A stretch of DNA of 64,000 nt from assembly GCA_019828565.1 (NCBI GenBank), contig JAHDYR010000005.1:781342-845341 (forward strand). The letters are read 5' to 3'. The notes below the pieces were generated by a model. It ran no database searches. It was not told where the DNA came from and saw nothing but the letters and a program-made list of their open reading frames with translations. Each line of letters begins with the position of its first letter. Within the stretch, counting starts at the first letter, position 1. The position numbers were made by a program, and so were the translations under genes. This DNA comes from Carpediemonas membranifera BICM (Eukaryota; Protista; Fornicata). This document shows, piece by piece, positions 41,127-50,921 of the stretch.

Positions 41127-43088
41127 ATGCAACTAGATAACCCGTTCCTGAAGACAGTACGGGTGAATTTTGGCCTCATCACAGTCGGTCAAACGTACGG
41201 ACGCCGGCTTAACCTTCTCAAGCTGTTCAACCTTCCCGTTCTAGACGACGACGTTCCGACAGGCATTGAATACACAACAACAGTCATTGATGACAGTTCT
41301 GACTACGAGGTTCATCCCCCGAGCGGCATATTCTTCCAGTCCGCCGAGCCGATCACCGTTGGCGAAGTTACCATCGACAACACAATCCTGCTCACCGTCT
41401 CCCCCGTGTCCCACCGCACATCGTCTTTCTCCTTCACCATCGAGTGCGCGCATCCCTCTGTACCACCCGTGCGCGTCTTGGCGTCCGGGCTGGCGCATCC
41501 TACCGTTATCAAGGAGGATCGCAACGACATGGTCCAAATGGCCATCGAGGACAACATAGACAACGAGATTCTCGACCTCAAGGACCTGTATGACGACATC
41601 ATGCTCCAAATGGAGCGGGGGCAGGACCCCACGCTCGATGACCTTGTCCCCTTCATCCCCATGAACGCCAAGGACCCGTACGGCGCCCTCACAGCGCTCA
41701 GGAGGAAGCTCATGAACATGCCGAAGCACGAGGGGCGGCACCGCATGTTGGGGCTCACAGCCAGCTCGGCCGGGTGGTCACTGCCCAGGCGGATGTCGGG
41801 GGGCTCCCTGCCGCCGGCGGAGGCGGGGCCAGAGGCGTTGGAGTTCACACACACGGCACATACGGTGGAGGGCATGATTTTCCTCTCGAACGCCGCCCAG
41901 AACGCCGAGAACCCCGGCGACCTCAGGTACGACGGCATCTCGGGCCTCGGCTGGGCGCCATTCCATGTGACAGCTACGCTGGACGAGATAGACGCCGCTG
42001 AGGAGCAGTACAAGCAAGACATGGCGACGTACGAGGCTGAGATGCACCAGTGGGAGCAGATCCAGGCTGAGGAGGCCGCCGCTCCCAAGAAGGGAAAGGG
42101 GAAGGCCAGCAAGGCGCCCACACCCGCCCCGCAGCCCGTGAAACCCGAGCGGCCAGAGATCATTGACCTGAGAGCTAGTGTGATCGCCGCGAACGCCCGC
42201 AGCCTCGCGGCGAGAGACAGCAACCTCCTCGGGCAAGTGCTCGCGGCAGACTCCAAGCGGGCCCGGGGCGTAACGCAGCGGGCGCCCCTGGACCCAATTA
42301 ACCGGGGCAGGTCGTGTCTGTTCGAGTCGAGGGCTAAGCTGTTCACTAAGCTGCGCGACGAGAATGCCAGCGACCAGAAGGACGTCATCGTGGCGGGTAA
42401 GGTCGGTGTGGGACGGCCAACGGACGAGCCGCCCAGCCCTGACCGGGCCTTCTTCGTCCAGCAGCTGGTCGACCAGTACACGCGCGCCTTTGCCCGCAGC
42501 CGGACAACCATCCTCACCCCGGCCCTGCCCCCCGTCGGCACCGGTGTCATCGAGACGCCGCTGGGGTTCGACGGGCTCTCGGTGTACCGGCCTAGATTCA
42601 AGGAGACGCCCAGAGAGGAGTTCGCCGTCCGCCGCATGGCCGTCGAGCGGTTCCAGCGGGCTGCGTGTAAGATCATCGTGCAGCAGCGGGCTGAGCGGCG
42701 GCTTCGGATGCTTCAGGTGGCTCTCAAGAGGGCTAAGCTGCTGAAGAAGAAGCTGAGTACGAATCTGAAGACGATGACCGTGGAACCCCTCCCGCCGGCC
42801 GTCGACCCCGCCGCCTTCCTGACCGACACGACCATCGTCGTGCCCAAGGAGACCGCCGTCAACGCCGTCCAGGCCATGCTTCGGTGCGACCGACCGTTCG
42901 CCACCCCGACTACGGTCCCGCAGCTGGGGCTCCGGCCTGTGTACGACTCAGCCAGCAGGGAGGCCCGGGGTGTCACGGCCGTCTTCATCCCTGACCCCGT
43001 TGTCGGGCTCGAGCACGACACTCCGGTCGGGTTCGCTGATTGGCTGGTCGAGGGCTTTGCTACTCTCGACACCCTTCCTGCGCTCTGA
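41127..43088 (+). CDS. CFAP221/PCDP1-like flagellar protein (Ig-like N-terminus, IQ-like C-terminal helix)
   Basis: VNFGLITVGQTY..RL ASH-like start; YRPRF...VRRMAVERFQRAACKIIVQQRAERRL recalls CFAP221 (recognised from memory, not searched). Confidence 0.5.
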   Translation: MQLDNPFLKTVRVNFGLITVGQTYGRRLNLLKLFNLPVLDDDVPTGIEYTTTVIDDSSDYEVHPPSGIFFQSAEPITVGEVTIDNTILLTVSPVSHRTSSFSFTIECAHPSVPPVRVLASGLAHPTVIKEDRNDMVQMAIEDNIDNEILDLKDLYDDIMLQMERGQDPTLDDLVPFIPMNAKDPYGALTALRRKLMNMPKHEGRHRMLGLTASSAGWSLPRRMSGGSLPPAEAGPEALEFTHTAHTVEGMIFLSNAAQNAENPGDLRYDGISGLGWAPFHVTATLDEIDAAEEQYKQDMATYEAEMHQWEQIQAEEAAAPKKGKGKASKAPTPAPQPVKPERPEIIDLRASVIAANARSLAARDSNLLGQVLAADSKRARGVTQRAPLDPINRGRSCLFESRAKLFTKLRDENASDQKDVIVAGKVGVGRPTDEPPSPDRAFFVQQLVDQYTRAFARSRTTILTPALPPVGTGVIETPLGFDGLSVYRPRFKETPREEFAVRRMAVERFQRAACKIIVQQRAERRLRMLQVALKRAKLLKKKLSTNLKTMTVEPLPPAVDPAAFLTDTTIVVPKETAVNAVQAMLRCDRPFATPTTVPQLGLRPVYDSASREARGVTAVFIPDPVVGLEHDTPVGFADWLVEGFATLDTLPAL

Positions 43089-43306
43089 TTTTGACTGAAA
43101 TATGATTGATCTTTACGAATTTAATGGGTTAGGGCAAGTAATAAACCACTACCACAGTCAGCCTCCACCAGGGGCGTTAGCAAGTCAACGGAGGCTGCGG
43201 CGTCTGGGGGCCAAGGGGCGCCATGGTCTCGAGCTCGATGATTCGACCACTTTTACGTATTTAATCTGAGTTACTGTTATAAACGAAAGCGCGACGTATC
43301 ACTCCA

Positions 43307-44503
43307 CTACCTGAGGTGGGGTGGCGTGTAGCGGCCGTACCGCGTGCTGTCGCTGATGTCGAAGAGGTGGTCGATCAGAAGGCTCTCCAGCTCTGTCCCG
43401 GCGATCTTGCGGTGGATGTCCTTCACCACAGGCATCACCTGGCCGACGGTGGCGGCGGGGAGGAAGTCGGCGCCGATGACCTTCATGAGCGCGCCCTTGG
43501 TGCAGCTTCCCGCGGCCAGCTCGAGGATGCGGTCCTTAGCGAGCATGACGCGGGCCACGATGACGTATATATTGAGGTGATGGCCGAACTCGAAGAACAT
43601 GTCCCAGAGTTCGAGCACCATCGCCTCGAACTCCGCGATGCCGGCCACACGGGTATTGGACGAGAATGACATCACTGGGGCAAACGCCCAGGTGGTGATG
43701 CCGCCGTAACCTATGGCGAGCCGGTTGACGTCCGCGGCGGGGTCGGCGTCCGGGTCAGGCGGCGTGTAGATGAGCCCGTGCTTGCGGAGGACGTCGCACA
43801 CGGGACCGAACTCAGGCTCGGTCGACATGACGTCGAAGAGGGCGTTGAGGAGGTTGACGCCGATGTGGACGCCCTTGAGATTTGCCAGGACATATGTGGG
43901 GCATACCGAGGCGCACAGGCGGGAGTAGCCGTAGAACGCGGCTACCTCATTGAGCGAGTAGAGCAGGATGGCGGCGTACACGTTCATACCCTGGACGTAG
44001 ACGTCCTTCTCGGCAACGGAGTCGCCACGGATCGTCCTTTCTTGGAGCGCATGTCTGGCGGACGCATTGAGAAGGCGGTTCAGGCGGTCCTCAGGGACTT
44101 TGTCCGTAAATGCGCGATCAAGGCTCTTAAACGTTCTTTTCGCGTCCCCGGCGATTTTTGTTGCAATCTCGAAACACGGACCTTGCGAGACGAGGTTTTT
44201 GTAGTATTCTATCGCGCTGTCGTCAAGGGGTGGGAGATGAAGTCTCTTGTAGATGTGTATCCTCCTGTCTGTGGTTGAGAACATGTTCAGCAAAGCGCGA
44301 GGTTTTTTCTTAATCTGCACGGAAAGAACAAGGTCGCCATCCGTCTCCGTAACACCCCACGCTGTCAGTATGCCTGTGCCAGTTGTCAACTCCGCCATTA
44401 AACCGTGCCAGACCTCCGGCCGTGTCGCCCGACCCGAATTCAATGCTGAGGTGACCAATGATGTCAACAACTCGGCCAAAGTCGCCAAGACGGAGCTCGG
44501 CAT
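43307..44503 (-). CDS. BUB2: Bub2/Cdc16 TBC-domain GAP (MEN/SIN regulator)
   Basis: YYKNLVSQGP...KIAGDAKRTF...KVPEDRLNRLL, YVQGMNVYAAILLY and CPTYV...GVH match Bub2; R and Q fingers intact. Confidence 0.8.
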   Translation of the reverse strand: MPSSVLATLAELLTSLVTSALNSGRATRPEVWHGLMAELTTGTGILTAWGVTETDGDLVLSVQIKKKPRALLNMFSTTDRRIHIYKRLHLPPLDDSAIEYYKNLVSQGPCFEIATKIAGDAKRTFKSLDRAFTDKVPEDRLNRLLNASARHALQERTIRGDSVAEKDVYVQGMNVYAAILLYSLNEVAAFYGYSRLCASVCPTYVLANLKGVHIGVNLLNALFDVMSTEPEFGPVCDVLRKHGLIYTPPDPDADPAADVNRLAIGYGGITTWAFAPVMSFSSNTRVAGIAEFEAMVLELWDMFFEFGHHLNIYVIVARVMLAKDRILELAAGSCTKGALMKVIGADFLPAATVGQVMPVVKDIHRKIAGTELESLLIDHLFDISDSTRYGRYTPPHLR

Positions 44504-44581
44504 GGCTGAACAAGTCAAGCACAGTCACTTACCCGTCTGCTTTACAGGAGAGCTGACCAATACTATGTACACCAAAATTGC

Positions 44582-45244
44582 TCACAGCCGCCGCATCGCA
44601 ATCGCCCGACGCCTCGACTCGTCCGTCCGCCGAGACAAGTACGGCTGGTCTCTACGGGGCGAGGGGCGGTGTCCCGTCCTCATGGCGCTGAGTGATGGCA
44701 CTCTCGGTCTCTGCTGCACGATGGCAGTGAGACTCTGCATCGTCAGGCTGGCGGCGGCGAGCTTTGACCGGATGTCCTCTTTCACAGCCTCCACAGCCAT
44801 GTCCACAGCATGACTGCACTCCCCGAGCATGATGACGCCCTTGGTACCGGGCTCAATCGACTGGCCGGTGGAGGGCGCCAGGAACATATGAGCGGTGGAT
44901 TCCTCGCCGGGCTGGTAAGCGAGGGGCATGGGGTGTGCACCCGCTACATCGAGGAGCGTGTCCGGCCACGGGTGCACTGGAGCGGCAAGCTGGAGGCGGA
45001 GCATTTGACGCTCGAAGGTGGATGCAGGCTTCGTCGGCTGATGGCGGCTTTGTAATTGACTAACCGCGCGGCGGGGCTTGTAACGACTGATATAGTTCTT
45101 GCCGAATTGCGCCTGCCATTCTGTATCGGTCAATCTGAAGTGGATTGGTTCATTCTGCTTCTCGGAGAATGTAACGGTCTTACGAATCAGTGAAACTGAT
45201 CCTAATGGGCTATATGGCTTCAGAGCTGGTTTTAAGGCAACCAT
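44582..45244 (-). CDS. Hypothetical protein
   Basis: 220-aa ATG ORF filling the gap; no recognisable motif. Confidence 0.55.
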   Translation of the reverse strand: MVALKPALKPYSPLGSVSLIRKTVTFSEKQNEPIHFRLTDTEWQAQFGKNYISRYKPRRAVSQLQSRHQPTKPASTFERQMLRLQLAAPVHPWPDTLLDVAGAHPMPLAYQPGEESTAHMFLAPSTGQSIEPGTKGVIMLGECSHAVDMAVEAVKEDIRSKLAAASLTMQSLTAIVQQRPRVPSLSAMRTGHRPSPRRDQPYLSRRTDESRRRAIAMRRL

Positions 45245-45680
45245 CTTCGCTTGTTGCCGAATTTGAGATTCGCGCGCTCACACGATTATCCGCACGACTT
45301 TGCTCGAGTCACTTGCAGTTGGTTCAACAGACCTCCCTTGCTCCTGGGCTCTAAGCCGGGTTATAAGTGTAACGTGCGGTCACTTGGTCATTGTGTGTCA
45401 TGGAGCAGGGTGATTGGCTGTGAGCCTCACGAAGTCAACCGACATTGTGGTTCGATGCAGTGATCAAATGACATTGGCCAGTTAAAACTCGATCTTTATC
45501 TGGACGGAGACTGTCTGGTCGACCCTCGAATAGGGCGCATGCGATCGGCTGTCAGAAACTGGTTAACTTGTTTGATGTTGTTATTGACTACTTTCCGTCC
45601 TCTAGAGACTAGTGTTGGTGTAGCTCGGGGCTACCAGACAAGGATGCTGCATTTAGTTGGATAGAACGATAATATTGAAC

Positions 45681-46460
45681 TTAGTTCTTGGCCTGGCGCT
45701 CACGGCGCTCCTCCATGATGGTCTTGCGGACACCGTTGCCGGCGGGCAGGGTGATCATGGGCCTGGAGCCGGTCCCGATGATGAAGGCATTGTCGGCACG
45801 AGTGGCAATGTGGTTGCCAGCAGCGTCCTTGAGCTGGACGATGTCGTGGGTGCCAATGTGGCGCTCGATGTGGGAAACGACGCCGATACGGCCAGTGTTG
45901 TTGCCACCGGTGATGAAGGCGAGGGCACCAAGCTCGAACCTGGCGAACTCGACGATCTTGCCGGTCTCGAGGTCGATTTTGACGGTGTCTCCAACCTTGA
46001 TGGCGGGGTCGGGGTAACGGACAGTACGGGCGTCCTTGGTGTAGAGGTGGGGGATGCCAGCGTGGCCGACAACGATCTTGGTGACCTTGCAGAGCTTGAA
46101 CTTGGACTCCTCCTCGGAGATGCGGTGGAGGACGAAGCGGCCCTTGGTGTCGAAGAGCATTCTGAAGAGGTCGTTAGACTTTTTGACAGAGAGGACGTCC
46201 ATGAAGCCGATGGGGAAGGTGGGATCGGCGCGAATCTTGCCGTCAACAGCAACAAGCTTGCGCTTGAGGATGAGAGTAACCTCACGCTGGTTAAGAGCGT
46301 ACTTGAGGCGGTTGCGGAGGATCACGAGGAGAGGGATGGACTCGCGAACGGCGTGGGGGCCCTGGGAGGGACGGGGGGCGAAGATGCCACCCATCTTGGA
46401 GAGCATCCAAGACTTGGGGGCGTTGATACGCTTCATGTGCTTAGCAGCGGAACGAGCCAT
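45681..46460 (-). CDS. RPS4: 40S ribosomal protein S4 (eS4)
   Basis: MARSAAKHMKRINAPKSWML...APRPSQGPH...RNRLKYAL; highly biased codon usage. Confidence 0.98.
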   Translation of the reverse strand: MARSAAKHMKRINAPKSWMLSKMGGIFAPRPSQGPHAVRESIPLLVILRNRLKYALNQREVTLILKRKLVAVDGKIRADPTFPIGFMDVLSVKKSNDLFRMLFDTKGRFVLHRISEEESKFKLCKVTKIVVGHAGIPHLYTKDARTVRYPDPAIKVGDTVKIDLETGKIVEFARFELGALAFITGGNNTGRIGVVSHIERHIGTHDIVQLKDAAGNHIATRADNAFIIGTGSRPMITLPAGNGVRKTIMEERRERQAKN

Positions 46461-46570
46461 TGTGTTCTCTGAACTTCGAGCTTCTTGCGCCGAAAAACCT
46501 CATCAAGTCAAAAATGGCCAAAACTGAAAACCTGGGCGATTTGATTTATGTGCATTATTCCGCTGGTATA

Positions 46571-48859
46571 TTAGATGAGGGGGTGGGCATACATGTCGTC
46601 GATGATCCGTTCAAACTGGAGCATGAACTGGCCTCGGACAGTCTTCATCGTCGGCGTCAGGAGCTTGTTCTCGGGAGTCCACTCATACGGGGTGATGTGG
46701 ACGCTCTTGGGGAACTCGAAAGGACGCAGCTTGCCCGCACCGAGCTTCTTAAACTTCTCGAGGAGAGCGCGCCTGAAGGCGGGTTCCTGGACGGCGGCGG
46801 GAGTGGCGTGCTTCGGCAGCAGGCCCTCGATCTTGCACTGGTCGATGTCGACAGTGCAGATTACGACAACGGACGCCTCTGTTCCCTTGGCGAGTGTGAC
46901 GAGGCTGGGGCAGGCGGGGCACTCGAGCACGCTGTCGATCTGGGACAGGTTGACGAACTCACCTTGGCTCAGCTTCATGACATTCTTGAGGCGTCCGACA
47001 AGCTTGAAGCACTCGTGGCCGTCGACTGTGACGATCTCAGCGACGTCGCCAGTGTGGAACCAGCCATCCTCGTCAATGGCGGCGCGGGTGGTCTCCTCGT
47101 CCTTGTAGTAACCCTTGAAGATGGTCGAGCCCTTGAGACACAGCTCGCCCTTGGGGTTGCCCTCGCCAGGCTTGGGGCAGGCGTCGTACTGCCCGGGGAC
47201 CGACACAATCTTGTTGATGAGGCCGGGCGTGTGCACAGCAAGGTGGCCCATACGGAGCTCGAACTTGCTCGAGTCGCCGCCTGTGCATGCTAGGTAAGCT
47301 GTGGTAATAAAAGAACAAACCAGTCTCGGTCATGCCGTATCCCTCGTAGATCTCCTCGAGGCAGAGCGCCTCCTTCAGGAACACAAGGACCTCACCGTCG
47401 ATGGGGGCCGACCCGCACCAGATCTGCCGGATGCTACCACCCAGAGCGGCCCGGAACTTCGAATAGACTAGCCGCATGCCGAGGGGAGACGGCTTGATGT
47501 ACTTGCGAGTGCGGTTCATGGTAATCATCTGCTCGTGACGGAGCCTGAGATAGTGTTTCAGCAGGGAGTGCTTCAGACCCGTCGTGGCGTCGATCTTGGC
47601 CCTCATCGAGTTGTACACCCGAGTAAGGACACGCGGGACAGCAATCATGACCGTCGGCTTGAGTGCTGCGAGGTCACCCATGAGCATCTTGACGTTTCCC
47701 GAATAGTAGCCGATGGCGTCGCCGCGCCAGATGAAGCAATGCTCCACGGCCCGCTGGAACACGTGCGCGAGGGGCAGGAACGACAGCACGATGTCGAACT
47801 GGGGCCCTGTCTTGGACGCGGGGTGCTTGGGCGACCCCTCAAGCATGGCGCTAGCCTGCAAGATGGCGCCAACGAGGGCGGAGCAGTGGAAGATGACACC
47901 CTTGGGCGTACCGGTGGTACCCGACGAGAACAAGATGGAGAACGTATCCTCGGGCTTGAGGGGGTAGTCGGGCTTGCTCTCGGCGGCGTTTCCCCTGGTG
48001 AGGGCGACGTTCCACTCGATGGCAACGGGGCCCTCGGCAGGATAGGGGGTTGTGGCATCGATGATGGACGTAAACTTGTGCATGTCGGGCGGGATGGGGA
48101 CGCTGCCGACCTCGACGGCAGTAAGGATGGAGGGCAACGAGGGGGCCGACGAGAAGATCTGCGAGGCAACGTCGTCCCAGTTGTAGACGGGACTGTCGTC
48201 TTTCGTGCGGAGGTCGATGTTGAGCCGCTCGCAGTATAGGGCGGCCGTGTTCGCCAGCAGGTTGTGGTGGTCGACCGGGTCGAACGAGACGACCAGCTCG
48301 AGCGAGGGGATGACGTCCTTGAGCGAGAGCATGAGGGCAGTGTGGCGCTTGTCGACGAAGGCGGCCTTCGCCTCCGTCAGCGCGCCGATGTGCATGAGGT
48401 TGTCGATGCCCAGGGCGTCGTAGAGGGGCACGGAGACGAGGCCGGCGGCCATGCAGGCAAGGTCGGCCTGGAGCCACTCCTCCCGGTTGCGTCCGTAGAT
48501 GATGACGTTGTCGCCGGGCTTGAGGTTGGTCGTGCGGAGGAAGTCGCGGAGCTGGTCGACCTTGACCGCGACCTCGCGGTACGTGCGCCAGTTGTAGTCG
48601 CGGTAGGAGTCGACGTCAACCTTCTGACGCGTGCCCTGGAAGGGGCGGTCGCCGAACTCGGCTACAGCGTCTCTGAATCCCTTGATCGGGGTGTACTCCT
48701 GTGTAAGCACTAGCGATCATGGTGCCACCATACGTCGAAGTTATAGCTCTTGGTCCGTTCAATGAGGTTAAATTCGCACTTCTCGCCGCTGAGACCAAGG
48801 GGATGAGCCTTGATGTGATATTCAGTTGGTTTAGAGCTGTTCTCGTTGTTTTCTGGCAT
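46571..48859 (-). CDS. Long-chain acyl-CoA synthetase; exons 48859-48734, 48698-47321, 47289-46571
   Basis: FSSGTTGTPKG, SFLPLAHVF, YGMTET, GWFHTGD, LLTPTMK; two introns reconstruct MPENNENSS...NFD|EYTP and YGMTET|ACTGG. Confidence 0.9.
47290..47320 (-). other. 31-nt intron
   Basis: GTTTGT...CTTAC CTAG; removal joins the two ACS ORFs in frame. Confidence 0.85.
48699..48733 (-). other. 35-nt intron
   Basis: GTATGG...CTTAC ACAG; links an upstream 42-codon ATG exon to the ACS ORF. Confidence 0.8.
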
Positions 48860-49156
48860 TATGTACCTTTCTAAGCGTTCCTACAGCGAGGCTAAATTCT
48901 GCCTGCACTCGAAGCAGCTCTGAGATCGAGTGAGATTGAGAAAAAATCCAAACAGAAACGACTCCATCGGCCCTTACATCGGATTGCTGACCGCCAGTCA
49001 CGTTTTCAGCGCTCCCCGACGCGTATACGCATTGTTTCGCGACCCGGTTGTCATGGCAATACTCTCGGTAGAATCCGCAGATCCGCACACAATCTATTTT
49101 CGTACATTGCTAAACTGCCAATAAAAAGTATCTACATTTACTCGTCACACGTGCGT

Positions 49157-50578
49157 CTACATCTTGAGGAGCGCCACCATCTTGTCGAAGTCGGCGTCCG
49201 TGTTCATCTCGGTCACCGCGATCGTGAGCAGGTCGTCGAAGTCACCGCGGGGGCACACCACGGAGCCAGGGACACCGGCCAGGATTCCCATGCTGACAGC
49301 CTCCTCGACGAGGGCCTTGGCGCTCTTGCCGGCGGGGAGGCGGATGGTGAACTCGTTGAAGAACGACTCATTGAGGACCTTGACCGCGGGGCACTCGGCG
49401 TCGATGCGCTCGACCAGGGTGCAGGCCTTGTCGTGGTTGAGCATGGCGAGGTCCTTGAAGCCGGTCTCGCCGAGGAGGGCCATGTGGATGCTGAAGCCAA
49501 GCGACATGATGCCCGCAGACGTGCAGATGTTCGACGTCGCCTTCTCACGGCGGATGTGCTGCTCCCTGGTGGCGAGCGTGATAACGTAGGTCCGGTTGCC
49601 ATCAGCGTCGACGGTCTCGCCGATAAAGCGGCCGGGCATCTGCCGGATGAACTTGTCGCGGCAGGCCATGAAGCCGACGGTGGGGCCGCCGTACGCCATG
49701 GGGCCGGCGAGGGACTGCCCGTCTCCGATAACGATGTCAGCGCCCATGGCGCCCGGGGGCTGCATGACGCCGAGGGAGACGCACTCGGGGACGGAGACGA
49801 CGAGGAGTGTGCCGTTCTCGTGGCACTTCTCGGCAAGGTAGGAGAGGTCGCGGACGTTGCCCCAGGCGTCGGGGTTCTGGACGACGACAGACGAGGTGAT
49901 CCCGTCGAGCTCGGCGATGACGGCCTCGACCCAGTCCTCCTCAGGGCCCACGGCCGGGACAACGTCGACAGCCATGCGGCCGTCGTTGTTGGCGTACGTC
50001 TCGAGGACGGAGATGGAGTTTGCGTGCACGGTGGGGGCGACGACGACCTTCTGCTTGCGGGTGATACGGCGAGCCATCAGAGCGGCCTCGGCGAGGGCGG
50101 TGTGGACGTCGTACATGGAGGCGTTGGCGGTGTCCATGCCGGTGATCATGGCGACCATGGTCTGGAACTCAAAGATCGACTGGAGGGTGCCCTGGGACAC
50201 CTCGGGCTGGTAGGGGGTGTACGCGGTGAGGAACTCGGAGCGCTGGATGAGGTGGTCGACGACGGAGGGGATGAAGTGGTGGTAGATGCCGTTGCCGAGG
50301 AAGAAAGAGGCCTGCTCGGCGGAGATGTTCTTGTTGGACATGTCGGTGAACCAGCGGGTAACATCGAGCTCGCTCATGCTCTCCGGGAGCTCAAGCTTCT
50401 CCTTGAGGCGCAGTTCATCAGGGATAACAGACAGGAGCGTCTCGATGCTGTCCTTCTCGATCGTGGAAAGTGCCTGTTGGCGAGTGGCCTCCGAGTGGGA
50501 GAGATATGGGAGGGCATCGTAGCTGTGGTTCATTAAACGGCCGAAAGAAACAGCCAGAGGCTTCAGAGAGCTCAGCAT
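49157..50578 (-). CDS. gcvPA: Glycine cleavage system P protein subunit 1 (GcvPA type) with short organelle-targeting leader
   Basis: RSEFLTAYTPYQPEVSQGTLQ, ANASMYD, TREQHIRREKATSNICT; ends after ~470 aa; leader MLSSLKPLAVSFGR. Confidence 0.93.
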   Translation of the reverse strand: MLSSLKPLAVSFGRLMNHSYDALPYLSHSEATRQQALSTIEKDSIETLLSVIPDELRLKEKLELPESMSELDVTRWFTDMSNKNISAEQASFFLGNGIYHHFIPSVVDHLIQRSEFLTAYTPYQPEVSQGTLQSIFEFQTMVAMITGMDTANASMYDVHTALAEAALMARRITRKQKVVVAPTVHANSISVLETYANNDGRMAVDVVPAVGPEEDWVEAVIAELDGITSSVVVQNPDAWGNVRDLSYLAEKCHENGTLLVVSVPECVSLGVMQPPGAMGADIVIGDGQSLAGPMAYGGPTVGFMACRDKFIRQMPGRFIGETVDADGNRTYVITLATREQHIRREKATSNICTSAGIMSLGFSIHMALLGETGFKDLAMLNHDKACTLVERIDAECPAVKVLNESFFNEFTIRLPAGKSAKALVEEAVSMGILAGVPGSVVCPRGDFDDLLTIAVTEMNTDADFDKMVALLKM

Positions 50579-50921
50579 TGCGTGATTGTCAAACGTCTCC
50601 AAAGTTCCAGCCGTGCCATCTGATACATAGCTCCATTTATCGAATACATAGAGCATATCCCACCCCGCCCCGGGCTCGGACTTGGTGAATCAAGCCGGGC
50701 GGATCTTGACTCAGGGAAGCTCTGGGATCAAGAGATACGACTGGCCAGTCAGCTATAGGTGCAGCGCATGAGCCCTATTTCCACCAGGCTCTGCCGGCTG
50801 AAGCACCGCTATATTTAGAGCAAGGATGCATGACTCCATCATTAGCACCAGACTGCCCCGGCATGCACCCAGTCATGGACCCCAATCAACTGATTAACAT
50901 GATTTACTCATCTCATGCGCC

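Noticed and set aside
44506-44532. GTAAGT...TTCAG upstream of BUB2 as a 5' UTR intron, or ACTTACC as a U1 snRNA start
   Set aside because: Branch spacing does not fit the local consensus, and there is no room or structure for U1
47299-47320. Alternative 22-nt ACS intron ending CACAG
   Set aside because: In frame, but the 31-nt form fits the branch consensus and the usual YGxTE-to-GH spacing better
45657-50536. Long antisense ORFs opposite RPS4, ACS and gcvPA (and similar ones elsewhere)
   Set aside because: Expected by-product of strong GC3 codon bias
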